Below are positions 23,022-38,900 of a stretch of 64,000 nt of DNA, piece after piece; the stretch's first letter is position 1; every line of letters starts with the position of its first letter. The stretch covers positions 23,188,001-23,252,000 of the forward strand of contig OZ281495.1 of assembly GCA_965637545.1 (NCBI GenBank), in the 5' to 3' direction. The position numbers and the translations under genes are program-made. Under the pieces are notes generated by a model. That model was given only the letters and a program-made list of their open reading frames with translations, was not told the DNA's origin and ran no database searches. The stretch comes from Phallusia mammillata (lineage: Eukaryota).

Positions 23022-26000
23022 TTACGGCATTTGGACACCACTGCCGTCCGAAGATGGACACTCAGCGGCCATGACATCAACGTTCAAACTATCACCACTT
23101 GGTGTGCAGCTTTTTTCGCTCTCCACGTATGGAGAAGCAATGTTAACAAGATCCACAAGGCGATCTCGCTGAAAAAGAGTTACAGTTTGTAGGTTGTATG
23201 AGTGAATAGCGTTTATGTTTACGACAATACAATGTAAAAAAAACGGTTTGAAGAATTTTTTTCAGACCTATTCATACTTACTTCTATGTTAGTTTGCTCA
23301 AACGAGCCGCAGTGCTGTCTTTGTTTGCCCTTTCGAATTTGCTGATTGTAGCTGTCAACGATGGGCTTTGTCCAATCAATCTAAAAACAGAACGGAAATG
23401 TTAGAAAAAAAGAAGGCAGATATTGGCTGTAGAACTGTTGTGAAATCTCAAATAAAAATTGTAACAAGTGATAACTTATTATAATAAAAATATTCTAAAA
23501 ACAAAAATGAGCAATGCATTATATAATGCTCTATCATAAAGGCAGGTAAAGCGAAATTAATCCTCAAAAACTATTACGACTGATTAATATTAGCCTACAT
23601 TTAGCAGATTTGTCCTTACCTGATTCATGGCGTCTCCAAGAGTTTCGTTGTAAAAACGGCCTGGCGATGTGATAACAAGGTCATACATATTTGACATTCC
23701 GGTTGTTATCTTTTTGTAGCTGATAAATACATACAATACAAAAGTGAGGCATGTGGTTTAAGGTAGACTGCTTTACCAAAAAAAAAACAATTAAGGAGAA
23801 CTATTACCAAAATCGATAAAGTGCAGCTAATTACCGATTTGTGCATATTACATTACAACGTAATGTTTTATAACTACAGCCAGTTAAAAAAAAAACGTTG
23901 ACCTACCTGACACTGTAAAATGGAACAATAGTTGCCAATGCATTAAAAGTGGCACTAGGTGAGCCAATGCACAGCTTTACTGGTATATAAGGGTAGTAAT
24001 ACAAAAATGTTAGGCACATTTCGTTGCTCGTACCTAACCCACCCTGCAAAAACAAATATTTTAAGCAAAAAGTTTTTCTGAAGTCATCTTATTAACACTT
24101 CGTTGATATTTAACTACACTGAAGCAAATTTGTAAGGGGCAGGAAAATAGTAGTTTAAATATACAAGACCTTTACCATATTTAGCTACACAAAACCTAAT
24201 TTAGCTCAAATCAACAGTAATGTTTATTAGAAAACTATCGACTAACGAAAGTTGTTTTTGTGTTGTAAGTAGTCGAGTATGTGCACTGTGTTATCAAGGT
24301 ATCTCCTTTTTGAACGACTCTGTATTTTGTTAGGGCTCGGGTTTCCTGGTAATCGAAATCGTATGAATCGTCTTTGGCAATTAAAGGTAGCTCAGTTCCA
24401 TTTCTGAAGAACATAATTCCACGAATATTATGGCAAGCTTTTTTTACTGTATGTATGTGTGAAAGGGGTTATAAAGCCAACCTGATATGTCTCGTTCTGA
24501 TAGACCTCCCCGCCAAATGAGTGTGCGGGAAAGTTGCAAACAGCGTTATGTTGTCGAGTCCAGCTGCTTCCATACCCTGATCAAAAAAGAAAATGTTCAC
24601 CTTAAATTTTCGACCTCCAGATTCAATGATGAGCAGCAGCTTACCGCGGCAAGACATTCTGCATCACATTGTCCAAGCACTGTAAATTTATCTTGTTTTG
24701 GCGGAATCACCAGCTCGAAACCGGTGGTAATGTGGCCGACTGTCAACGTACCAGCATCGTGTTTGCGAAGATCTGGTGTGTAGTGGATGCGGAAACCAGA
24801 AAAGTCGCGGATTTCTAAACGTATTTGTAAGACGCTTCATTAATTTTTATTGGATTGAGCCATCAATCGGCATAACAGGTTTATTTATTTACTTATTTAT
24901 TTTTTGAATATCACTTCTTATACCTATTCCCATTGGATTGTCGTAATGCGTTTCAATCACAACGTATGTCGGGGAATCAGGTGTACCGAGCGGCAAACCG
25001 GCGTCTTCGGGGAAGTAAAAGTCCTAACAAAAGTCGGGACGAATTATGAACAGCAAATAAATCACCCGACAACAAATGTTTTTTTTTCAGCGGAGCATAA
25101 ATCGTACCCCTCCTCCGACCGCCCAGCCTGCTATAATATAACTGCAATCCCGGGGGGCTTTGTCTCCGTAGCATTCAACGTTGCTTCCCACCAAGCTGTC
25201 ATTCTGACACAAAAGAACAAAGATGCCAACACATAAATTAAAGCAAATTGTTCGTCACCAGAGCTAGTAAAATGATTAAATTTGCCATATTTTTTTCAAA
25301 CTTACTATTAAGGCAATAAATGCATTAGATCTACCGCTTAAAATTATTTTACAACCAATGATCGTTTTAAAGGGCAAAAATATATGGTTCTCACACATTG
25401 ATAGTGTTTGATGGTTTTTTATAGATTAGGCCCATCGCGCGGTTTTCCTTTAAATAATGTCTATAGATATAGACTTACCGGGGGTTTTCCACATCTGTTG
25501 ATGACAATGTGGTGAACATTATCAATAAATTTCTCGTCAACCAACGGTTCCATCTATACAAGAAACACAACAAACGCGACTGTTTTTTATTCTTAAACAC
25601 ATGAACAAGAAGTGTGTACGATTTGCTTCAAATTAAACTGAAATCAAACGAAAGCCACAACGCAGCATTGTGTAAGTCGCCATGCATTATAATTATATGA
25701 GGCGAAAACCCCTTTTTGTTTGGTGTTCTTGCTGTTTTACGAAACCGTTTAACGATGACATGTGATATAGTGGCAATGCAAACAATTTTGACTTGAGTTT
25801 AATATAACACTTATCCCAATTAAGAAAATCTAAATGACAAAAAAACTAAAATAGTGGAAGTTGCATTGAAATTTTACCTTGATAATATGATGCTTTTTTG
25901 TTAAAATGGGCAACTTGATGAGTCGGCAATTGTAAAACGTTTCTTGTGTGGGAATGTCTGTACCGTTGTTCAGTATGTCAAATGAGTAGTGACGTTCGTT

Positions 26001-27904
26001 TGCGTATACTGGTGGGGCGATTGAGCCACTGAGAAGAACCGCAGATTTACTACCTACAAAATACAGGTACATCTTTCATCAACTTCACGTGACGACTGTT
26101 GTTGCAAGTTTAGTAATAAAATTAAATTAGGATTGAATCGTTTTCATACACTTTTTCAATTGCGACATAGTCTTTAATAAAAAGCAATACTACATTGCAA
26201 GGTTTACTTTTTATCAGATACAAAGATTTTTCAGGAGGGTTTAGTTTCGGCATTGGTGCGTGCTTAAGGTGTACCTTTTCACTTAAAATCGTATGATATG
26301 TAAATTAGTTACTTTTGGGACTTATTTAGTTCTATGGTAACAAGACAATAATAATCTTGGTACCTCTGTTGGAAAAAGCGTGCATGTCACTTATCGAAAG
26401 GGTGTCGTTTACTGGATCTGAGAGTCCAAATGCATAGATAAGTCTGATTGTGTCTTCCTGAAAAAATTAGAAAAGATTTTTCAAAAATGGTTTGAGCCAA
26501 ATGAAACTATTTCATTTTGCTTTAAAACGTTAATACAGGTTTAGAAAATAATTTGTCACTTACTCCTATAGTTTGATCGTAATCTTGATCACATGTTTTT
26601 AACTTTCGTTTAAATTTGATCATTGTCACTCCATTGCACTCTCTGCCGTCGAAAGTTTCAATATTTTGATCAGCGTCCAAATCTGGAAAACCGTTTCCAA
26701 ACATTGGTCCATGCCGATCCTTAAAACAAAACTTATGACATTTAAACACAACTTGGAAAAAACAAATATTTTTGCAACAGCTTAAAACATTACCAAAACG
26801 TTCAAGAGAGATTAAATAAATCTTAATCAATTTAATTAAGTAGTTGTTATCCTTTTCCTTGGTCGGCATCCCATTTTCTACTTTCCGCAAAATAACAGTT
26901 TTTCATGACCAAAATGATTTAGGAACTCGCATCCCCCAGCGGTCAAATCTCGTGCCCGTAAGAGGTGCAAGCATTCAAGGATAGGAAATCACTATAGGCT
27001 AATATGTTTGTTGGCCCAACAGTTTGTCTGTCCCGGCCATGTATTTGTGTGTATCTTTGATTCAAGTTTTCTGAAAATACTGTGGACGAGAAAACAAGAA
27101 AATACTCACAGAAATCGTGACTTTCCCGTCCGATACCCATCCTATCATAATGTCGGCATTTTTCATTCCTCCTTTGGGGGAAAATCCTAGTCCAACCCAT
27201 CCTGTGGTTTTCACATGAACCTGGAAACAAACAAAAAAACGACAACAAGAGCAATTTACCAATTTCTTCTTCAGCTTGTATTTACTTAAATTCAGCTGTC
27301 AGCAACCCCTTTATGGGTACTCTTCTACACTAAGATACTCGCAGCCGGTTTTAAGGACTTTTGAACCCCTTTTGGAAAACCACGTTTCTTGTAACTTTGT
27401 TAAGTTGTTTTTATCTATCATCATGGTGTAATTTTTGCAAAATTACTCTTAGAAATAAAAAGGCTTTTTCCGATATTTGCAATGAATTTGCCCTCTCGAG
27501 TAAAAAAAGGTTGACTATCAACACAATAACACTATGTAGTTAACAATATTATTGTACTTTTTACAACCGCTCTTGTACAGTGCCAGGCAGGAAAGCACCA
27601 ATTAAAAAAGGCGAAACACAAATCGTCAGGCGTCGTTTATTAGATTGGATTTAAATTTGTCCTTATTTTTTTCGTATTTCAGCTTTCATAGTTTATTTTC
27701 GGCAAAACGTCACAAAAATAAAATGCCTACCTCAAAGGTAATGTGAATTTCGTCAAACTTCCAAAAAAGCTTGACTTCCTTTCTTTTGTCTAAATAGTCC
27801 ATGCGCCGATATATTTCAGATGGAACAAAATCGCCGCCGACGGTCGTCAACACAAAAATTGACAGAAAATATATGGAAAGTATTAAAACTTCCTTCATTG
27901 CCAT
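23022..27904 (-). CDS. MOXD1: DBH-like copper monooxygenase (MOXD1 family): signal peptide + DOMON + Cu2_monooxygenase N and C domains, 14 exons, about 595 aa
   Basis: Exons 27904-27731, 27220-27110, 26719-26564, 26457-26364, 26053-25878, 25553-25479, 25203-25108, 25023-24924, 24814-24645, 24576-24482, 24403-24247, 24043-23907, 23719-23620 and 23168-23022; all phase-concordant. DOMON motif TTGWVGLGFSPKGGMKNADIMIGW. Copper ligands VHHI, THYDNP, PHTHLAGR and NEMCL. Orthology to MOXD1 rather than DBH or MOXD2 was not tested. Confidence 0.9.
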
Positions 27905-29385
27905 GCTTGCTTAAATCCTACCAAAAATGTTTCGGAACCTAACCTATAAAAAAAGGAAAGTATTTCGGTCCTCTGTGCGTTTATTTAATCTTATTAGACA
28001 GGCTCATTAGGCAAATTATCACCGACAGAACATTAGCAACTCTGCAAGCCTCATGTAGTGTAGCGATATGCTTTTGCGAGATCGCCAGAATTCGTTGAAT
28101 CGCCCATGTTTCTACGTAACTCTCTTATCCGTGTGTGCTTACCAACTGTTACCATCTGAATGTAACAAGAACGAAACGCTTTCGCTTTATGTAACTTGAT
28201 TGTGCTCAGCCCTAGGCGATGTCTTTTACAACAAAATTCCAAGATGGTTGATTGCACCACTATTGCCTAAGTTACTTCATACAATATAGTCTCCGCAATA
28301 CACAGAATAACTGCGCTTAGAATCTGAATATGTCGGTCCTGTTCTCACTGACACTTTGATATGCGTGGGTGCTTACCAAATGCTCACTCCGAATATGACA
28401 AAGAAAAAAAAGTATGCGCTTCATGTTACTTAGCATATACACGTGTTCTGCCCCAGGCGTTGTATTTTTGCAAAAAATCCAAGTTGAATAATTACATCAG
28501 TGAAAAAGCTGCTTCTTCAAAAAAAAACTATTGTAAACAACATGTCAGTTACGGAACAAATAATTATACAAGAAAGTTATCTTCTCATCTAAATAGCCTA
28601 TACAACTTAAAATACATCGGTTCACGAAAGCGTGTTTTTGACAATATGTTTTCCTTTTTTTAAACATGTTTTAACTATATATTTCCCATTTAGTTTTTTA
28701 TTGTGTTTGTTTTATTTTCACTAGCTCCCCTGCTTCTGCGACTTTCAGTAGCGTTGTCTGTGAATTTAAACTGAAATATTTTGTGCACTTGTAATCAGTC
28801 ATGCACAAAGTTTTTTTTTTTTTGCTAAAATTGATTTTGACCTAACCGATAGCGGTACAAGATTTGTTGATTTTGTTGTGATTTGTTATTGGTAGTTGAC
28901 TAGTTGTAAAGATTGGCGTAAATGTTTTTGTAAATATGTTAATATTTGGAAGGTAGTGAATAACTTTCAAAATTAAAATCCAAAATAAATAATTTAGAAA
29001 AAGCGGTTTTGCCAAGACCAAAATCTGCCTCAATTTGTTTGATAACGATATATTTATCATTATTTTAATGCAATTGTCTTTGTGTTTACTTTTGTTTGTA
29101 TTAACGGAGGGAAATGTTTGACTATAAATTCAGCTGAATTGCATAATAAGACAGGTACCCCACAGTTAACAGTTTATCATCTTGAATAACATTAACAAAA
29201 ACCATAACAAATCACACAAATTAAAACTTTGACAAGTTTATCATAAATAATTAGGTTACTGTGTTTGTTTTTGTAATTGTTACATTGCAAATGTTGCTTT
29301 AAAAGACTTAAGGGAACTTTACAATATTATCCATGTTTACTATTTATTTGCACTTTATTATCAAAGAAATTTTAACCTCTTGATC

Positions 29386-31893
<2,508 letters not shown>

Positions 31894-32196
31894 CCAACAC
31901 AGTTCGACATGTTTTCTTTTGCTTTCAACCTGTATTTGCTGTCCTATTGGGTTCGTTGTGAGTTCCGTTTGTTTCTTGTGAACCTTTCCACTTGTCTTTT
32001 TCCACAGTGATGAATTTGCACCTTCCAGTCAACTCATGTTTCAAAAATTTCTCTTTTCATTTGTTTCATGCATGGTTTGTATTTTTTCAATTTAGCGTTT
32101 TGATCGCTATTAAGGGGAAAATCATTGGTCAATATAGCACCTTTATTATTTCATAACTTTTGTTTCCAGAAATCAGCCATCAGTAAACTGAAACAA

Positions 32197-32202
32197 AATA
32201 AA
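32197..32202 (+). terminator. Probable Rab4 polyadenylation signal
   Basis: First AATAAA seen downstream of the stop codon, about 300 nt away. Confidence 0.45.
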
Positions 32203-32816
32203 AATGCAACTAGACGCAAAATTTTGATGACATGCTTATTTCTTATGAGCACATTTTTGGCGTAAATCGTCTGTTTCGTTCATTGTCTACGAAGCAAAAG
32301 TATCACACAAAGCAATAATTTTAGTGATTCGTGCAATAGAAAGTGTACCAAATATGCTACTTTGCTGCACCATTTTGTAACTTCAACTAGGCCCAACTAT
32401 GTGTAATAGCGGGCGATCGTCTGGTTAATAATACACATCTATTATGTTAGCAACAGTTAAAAACGACCCTCAACACTAAAGTATGTCTGTACTCGTGTTT
32501 TAATGCTCCATATCGTCTTAATATGTGCAATTTACTCATTGTAACACCGTTACCATACCTAACATCGTTATCCTAGTTGTGAATGTTCATCGTATTCGGT
32601 GGTTGAGTTATCCAGTGTGTTCCACTGTTGGTATGTTTTTTGTAACTTTTCATCGAGTTTTTAAGTTTCCATTTTCGCAAAAGAAAACCTAATGTATATG
32701 TTGTGAAAAGTCGCCCATTTATTTTTGAATTTTTTTTGTGTTATAATACCGTTTCAAAACATTTCACAAATGTTCCTTTGTTTCCATCTTTGTCTATCGA
32801 GCGACTGCGTCTAGGA

Positions 32817-33236
32817 CAGTGGTTCCCAAACTTTTTAATATTTTTTTCTAAACGGTCCCCTTGCCATTATTTCGAGGGCTCGCGGTCCTTAAGCCTAAAT
32901 GTGTATTTCATAAAAACAAAAGTTGATTGCAGGATTTTAGCCAGTTGTGCAAAATTGCGCATAATAATCATCCAAGGACAGCATGTGACTTCACAAACAG
33001 GACAAAAACATTACGATTGTGCGCGAACAATTGCATTTATTATAGCTGTCATTCAATAAAGGCCATTGTTTAGCAATGGAGACAGTCGATTCTCAATTCT
33101 ACTTTGATTTAAACTTATTTAGTGGCACAAACTGTCGCTAAATAAGATTATAGAATTACTTCAATCGCCTCGCGGTCCCCTCAAAATTGCCTCACGGACC
33201 CCTAAAGGACCGCGGACCCCAGTTTGGGAACCGCTG
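32817..33236. mobile_element. hAT MITE, same TIR family as 2098-2691, opposite orientation
   Basis: TIRs cagtggttcccaaact...agtttgggaaccgctg. Perfect TSD GTCTAGGA at 32809-32816 and 33237-33244. The reverse complement of the right end matches the left end of the 2098 copy over about 60 nt. Confidence 0.92.
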
Positions 33237-33361
33237 GTCTAGGACAACAGATAATTTAAATGTCCGCTTGTTGTTGTGCATACGTTGTTTTGACCTTGGA
33301 ATAGGCCGGGCAAGAACAGACAATGTGCACCAGCCAACGTCAAGAAAAATGTACTACATAG

Positions 33362-33806
33362 TAGAGATTACCGAATATTCTGTTTGCCGAATTTAACTTT
33401 TCCAAAGATTCGGTTTCGGCCGAATAATTTGTTGATGCGATTTGGCCGAAACCGAATCTTTTACAAACGCACATTTAAAGCGTTAAACTCGTCTTTTTTG
33501 CTTAGTACCAACGAAAATCGCCTCAATTATTATATATTTTGACACATTATCGTTTTTCCCACTGCAGACAAAAAATCATTGTTGGGGTGGAAATCATGAT
33601 CAAGGCAATGTTCAACCCCACAGAATTGATAGGGGACGAAACACAACTATTTTGCACCAATTGCGTGGGAAAAAAACTAATGTTTTCAAGTCAAACGCTT
33701 AGCATGCGACTTTGCGTGAAGTCATGAATGATTCGGCTGATTCGGCAAAACCGCCGAATATTCGGTTTCGGTCGAATCGAAATTTCGCCGATTTGGTACA
33801 TCACTA
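33362..33806. mobile_element. hAT-type MITE with ccgaa/ttcgg subterminal repeats
   Basis: Ends tagagattaccgaa...ttggtacatcacta. Flanks ctacatag / ctaatag(t) resemble a TSD with a 1-nt deletion. Arrays of accgaat/attcgg at both ends. Confidence 0.7.
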
Positions 33807-33820
33807 CTAATAGTTTAATT

Positions 33821-34096
33821 CAGTGGTTCTTAACCTCTGTAGTTGTCGGTACCCCCGTTAACTTCACCAACAAGGCAACAAGTTCTCGAACCCCGTGTTA
33901 TATTTTCATAATGATCCAGCATTTTAGAACCCATTGGGAACTGGTCTCGCACTTTATGTCAAGAACTATTGATTTATTTAAACATTAAAGATGAGCTAAT
34001 GCCGTAATATTGCCCGATTCTCACGATGTTTAGGAGTTTCAGGTAACATTTAGTATTATTTTTTTCAAAAAACCTTACTGTTAGTTCCAACCACTG
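33821..34096. mobile_element. Partial or decayed hAT MITE
   Basis: Left TIR cagtggttcttaacc and a possible right end aaccactg. No TSD found. Confidence 0.45.
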
Positions 34097-34131
34097 GGTA
34101 AGCTCCCCAAATCTGCGTTGGGCCTTGAAAG

Positions 34132-34594
34132 CAGGGAGTCGAACCGCTTGTCAAATGGTTTCAGGTTCGGTTCGGGTTCACTTGGTTTTGTTTAAGGGTT
34201 CGGGTTCGGTTCAGGTTTTAAAAAATGTATATTTGCGGGTTCGGGTTTTGTTCCGGTTTGGGCAAATTATCCGGTCCAAACCGGTTTGCGGTTTTTAAAC
34301 CGGTTCAAATTTTTATTCGTTTAAATTTAATTCTACCCATCATCTACCCGGCCTTCTCCACAAGAACTCCACAAGAATTTTGCCCGTGCACTGTTAGTTT
34401 TGACACGCCCTATAAGTGTTATGTCGTGTATCCTTCAATGCGCTGTTTAAAAATCACAAAATATAAAAAAAACTGCATTTTTTACTGGTTCGGTTCCGGT
34501 TCGGGTTTTTAGGTTCGGGTTCGGTTCGGGTTTAATGAAATTAACCGCTCAAACCGGTTCGCGGGTTCGGGTTCAGTTCCGGTTCGACTCCCTG
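34132..34594. mobile_element. hAT MITE with ggttcg subterminal repeats
   Basis: TIRs cagggagtcgaacc...ggttcgactccctg. Perfect TSD CTTGAAAG at 34124-34131 and 34595-34602. Confidence 0.93.
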
Positions 34595-35955
34595 CTTGAA
34601 AGACCAATATGTCACTAGTGTGTCGCGTTAGCGAATCACTGATATTGGGACACTCAAGAACGGTGGTACTAAATGCCACACGGTAAGCAATTTTAGTGGA
34701 CATAAATATGCATCATGCTTTTTTTAATTTTGCACTTTAAAAAGAGCTGACGGCTGAAACTATTCTGGTTGGGGTGAGAGTTTATAATTGAATAACTCTA
34801 CAACGTACTTATATTCTCCCGTTCCGCCACACTGTGCGATTTATGTGGGTAACCATGCGGTATATAGTATGACCCCGTAAAGAACAGGTCAATAACTTTG
34901 GTGTATGTTGAAAGCGAGAAGTCTGGACATTACATAGATTGCACACTTCAGTTGCCCCTTGAAAGACAACGAGACTCATGTGAATCGTAACATATTCCCC
35001 TGTTCTCTGCTCATACATTTCATGAATTGAAATGTTTTACTGGAGCTTGATTAAAAATGGTAAGCGTTGATATCATTAAACGCATGTGCGAAAGAGAAAA
35101 ACTGCATTTCAAACAGGTTGGTTGCACTCATCCGACACAGGATTACTGGAGCGAATCATCATTTGCAGCTCGCTAGTCGCTACACTGTGTTGTTGTGTTG
35201 CTGTGCCTTCGTGTTTCGACTTCTGTTGTTATTATTTTCTGACGAAATTTATCACAAAATAATTGTTGGGGCATCAAGAGTTTGTGTGCACAGCGAGTCA
35301 CAAGAGGAAAAGTTAATCTGTTTTGAGAACAGTGGCCCCGAGTACCGACCGAAACATGTTTTATGGCGGACCAGGATGAAATATTGACAAAAAATAGTAT
35401 ATTACAGATGGCTCTAGTTGTTTTACTGTGTTGCGTAAAGTATAAGGTGACGAGCCAGACTTTGAGTTTGTTAGAACACTAACACAACTATATATTTAAG
35501 CAAGGCAATTCAGGTTTGTTTTGGTAAAAAGTAATTTTGCCACATTAATACTTTTGTTTTTGTTAAACTTAAAGTCTGTCTACTAAAGTGTAAGAGAAAT
35601 TATTTTGCATTCCCCCTATGTGTCTGGTAACAATGTCATGTTATAGGGTCCTCCAGAAAACGCCTTGTAGTCCACCAGTTTGAGTTGAACATAATGTCCC
35701 ACGGGTTGGGAATCGCTGTTAAAAAAAATAACCCCTTTATCACATGTTTTCAATTGTTTTGTGAATATAATTTAATAGCAATGCTTATAGGTTTTGTTGA
35801 AAACTAGAGTGCTAAGTAAATTTGAGTATACAAGACCCAATGAATACATCTTATGGAATCAGAAAACTTTACATTGCTATGTTTTTGCCATTTAGTGTTG
35901 CTAGAAATTTAGGCACAACATTTAAACCAATGCAGCATATTTCCTGTTGAATAGA

Positions 35956-38900
35956 ATGGATGGAAATTTATCCAACTATGGTTTGATATTGTCTGAAACG
36001 GAGTCATCAGAAAAGTTTGGGATCACTAACAACCAAGAAGATATGTGTACACAACACCAACGTAAAACCAGCGTGGAGTCCAACACCTCGCAAAAAGATG
36101 GCACATCATTGTCCAGTTCTGCTTCAAATGCATCTGTGCCTGGGTCTTTGTCCCAATACTTGCCAAATCCACTGCAAAGAAGTGCTGGGCATGGATATAC
36201 AGGGATTAATCAAAGCACTCTTGAGCGTAAGGAAAGTACTTCAGACTCTGAGAAATCCGGTGCATTTAAAATTAAGATGCAGTCTTCGTACACCACCCTC
36301 GAAAATGACCTTGAACATCAGGTATGTATGTCTTTTGGTGTCAAGGTTCATTCATAATACATTCATGCTGAAATACCAAGTTTAAAGGTTTAGGGTTTAA
36401 AATTTGAAAGCAAATGTATAATGGCAATTTGTAAAAATCTATTTGTGAAACTTTGCTGGTTAAAATTTTAATTTTTATGTTGTGTTGTTTTAGGATTCTG
36501 AAAGCATTGTTGACAGTTCATCAAACCTAAGCAGTCACTCAAAAAGCTTATCATCTGTGTTTGCAAGTGGGTCTGCAGATCTTTCTCCAGTAAAGCAAAC
36601 TGCTCACCAACGAAAAATTTCAGAGGACTGGGTTGTTTTTGAAGACTTGCCTAGCAAGGCTTCATCTGTAGTCAGTCCATCTCCAATCAGTTTCGGAAGT
36701 AATGCTGCACCTCCAGAAATTCCACAGCGGAAAGGTTGGCTTGCAAGTCCTGCAAATTCACCAGCTCATGGTATTGATTTGTTGACTATGGACAATGACT
36801 CCCTTTCTGAACACCTTCATCGAGTTTCACCACTTTCACATAACATCAAATCAGCAGGACCACCAATCCCAGATCGATTGATGTCGCCTCAAAGAAAGCT
36901 ACCTGAGCCTTCATCTGCAAGCTCAAGTCCAGCTTCGAAGCTGTTTGATTTTCGGTTACCGCCACCTAAGAGTTCTGGTTCATCAACAAGGCGAACATTA
37001 CAAATGACTGCCAGTTCATCGCAGCATAGTGCAGGTCCTCCAGTTCCACCCCGAAAAGACATGAACAAAACCACAGACTTACTTAAAATGAACTCTGTAG
37101 ATGAGAAACCAAATATTTCAAGTAACCAATGGATACAGTTTGAAGAAACTATTGATGGTGAAAAGACAGGTATTTATTCAATGTTGTGAAACAATTGAAT
37201 TAATTTGTAGAAATGACATTCAGAATTTCTTCTCTTAGATAAAAAAGATTTGCCAAGTGATTCTGAACAACACAGCATAAAACTGCAATCTCCAATACAA
37301 TTGCTCGGTGGTGGAGCTGAAAGGTCAGCTACATTCTAAAAAGTGTTTTTTGATTAAAAAAATAATGAAAACTGTTTTTAGTATTAATAAATGTTGTTAT
37401 GACATGTTTGGTGTTACATAACTGTTTGTATTATCCATACTACACTTCTCATAGCTCTAATTCTGCTGAGAAAGAAGCAGTGGAGGAAATAACTACACCT
37501 GAAAATGATTTGTGGAGAAGGCCAACATCAACCTCACCCAATGGTTCACTGAGATCTTCAAAGAAGAAAAAGGGAGGTTACCACCATCTCAGTGACACTG
37601 ATGATGAAAAGGAAGATGCTCAACATACATCAGAAAACTTGCCTGGTATGTCAGAAACATATTTACAAATGTGTTGATATTGTTAAAATCCACTTGATAT
37701 GACTTATATCAGTAATGACCCAGCCTAAACCCTAGTCTATTTTCCAAAGCATGTTAAATATTAACCTAATGATTTCAGTTTTAGTCTAATATGGACTTGC
37801 ATTTTTATTCAGTAAAAATACGGTTTATTATTAGTTTACTGTATACTACCTACTTGCATACAAAAAAATATGTTTTCAAACTCATACCAACTCTGCTGCT
37901 TAAAGACTTTTGTGCATATATTGATTTTTGTATTGATCAAAAACTACTGATATCTTGCATACAAGAATCAATGTCGAAGCCAAAACTGCAGCTGTAATAA
38001 AGTTAACCAACATTACTGACATATTTGCATAGGCCCGACATATATATTTACCAAACCAACTTTGGTGCAGAAACAAAAAAGATAACCATCCAAGTTACTG
38101 ACATGTCACCTGCAAAGCCATTGTCAAGATGGGCACCAATTCCCAATGATGACCCAGCAGGCTCATCTGGTAATGTCAGCCAACAGAACAGTTTGATGGA
38201 TGAACCGATACATGATGATATTGAAATAGATGATGAGTTTGATGAAAATACCAACAGGTGTGATTTTTTTACAGATAATGGTTGTCATCAGTGTTGCCCA
38301 ACCTCAAGTACACTGAGTTCAATTGAGTCTGTTACACGAATTTATTAGTCTGTAGCTGTGTCTTGACACACAAAGATATTTTTGAACTTCATGTTTTTAA
38401 GGGTTGTTTTACAATTTTTAGCCATTGTTGCACAGGGAAAATTAGTCATATTGCTAAAAATGCTGAGAAACCCTGCTCTATGCTGAAAAACCCATAACTT
38501 TGTTTAACTCAGAAATTGGTTATTTTCCAGACTTTCGGCTGATATAAACAACTTGAAAGGATTCAATCGTGCAGACAAAGGTTCACAAAACAACCTTGTG
38601 GATTTTTCTGAATCTGCTGAACAGCTGGAAGTTTCTGCATGTGGCAGCACAACCAGCAGTGCGGAAGGAGACCTGGAGACAATATTTGATATGACAGCAC
38701 AAGGAGATACTTTAAAAAGGAAAAGAAAAAAGAAGAAAGAAGAGGAATTGACAGTGGCTGGTACACCTACTTTCCAGATAGGCTGTGACAACATCACCAA
38801 CCCTAATGTGCCAGATACTGCGACAGAATCCAACCTGGCCACAGCACAGACTAAACCGGCAGATGCTTCATCAAATCTTGCTCCCACTAATCCATTCTGG

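Noticed and set aside
22929-23192. Plus-strand ORFs of 87 and 71 aa
   Set aside because: Antisense shadows of the last MOXD1 exon.
26330-26364. Apparent in-frame stop (RGTKIIIVLLP*) suggesting MOXD1 is a pseudogene
   Set aside because: Resolved by the phase-1 donor AGA G|gtacc joined to the 26053 exon (GSKSAVLL).
34140-34590. ggttcg arrays that resemble a telomeric or CRISPR-like repeat
   Set aside because: They are subterminal repeats inside a TIR/TSD-bounded MITE; there are no unique spacers.
37960-37995. Possible small stonin exon (SMSKPKLQ)
   Set aside because: Its phase is incompatible with the next exon; exons 4 and 5 join directly.
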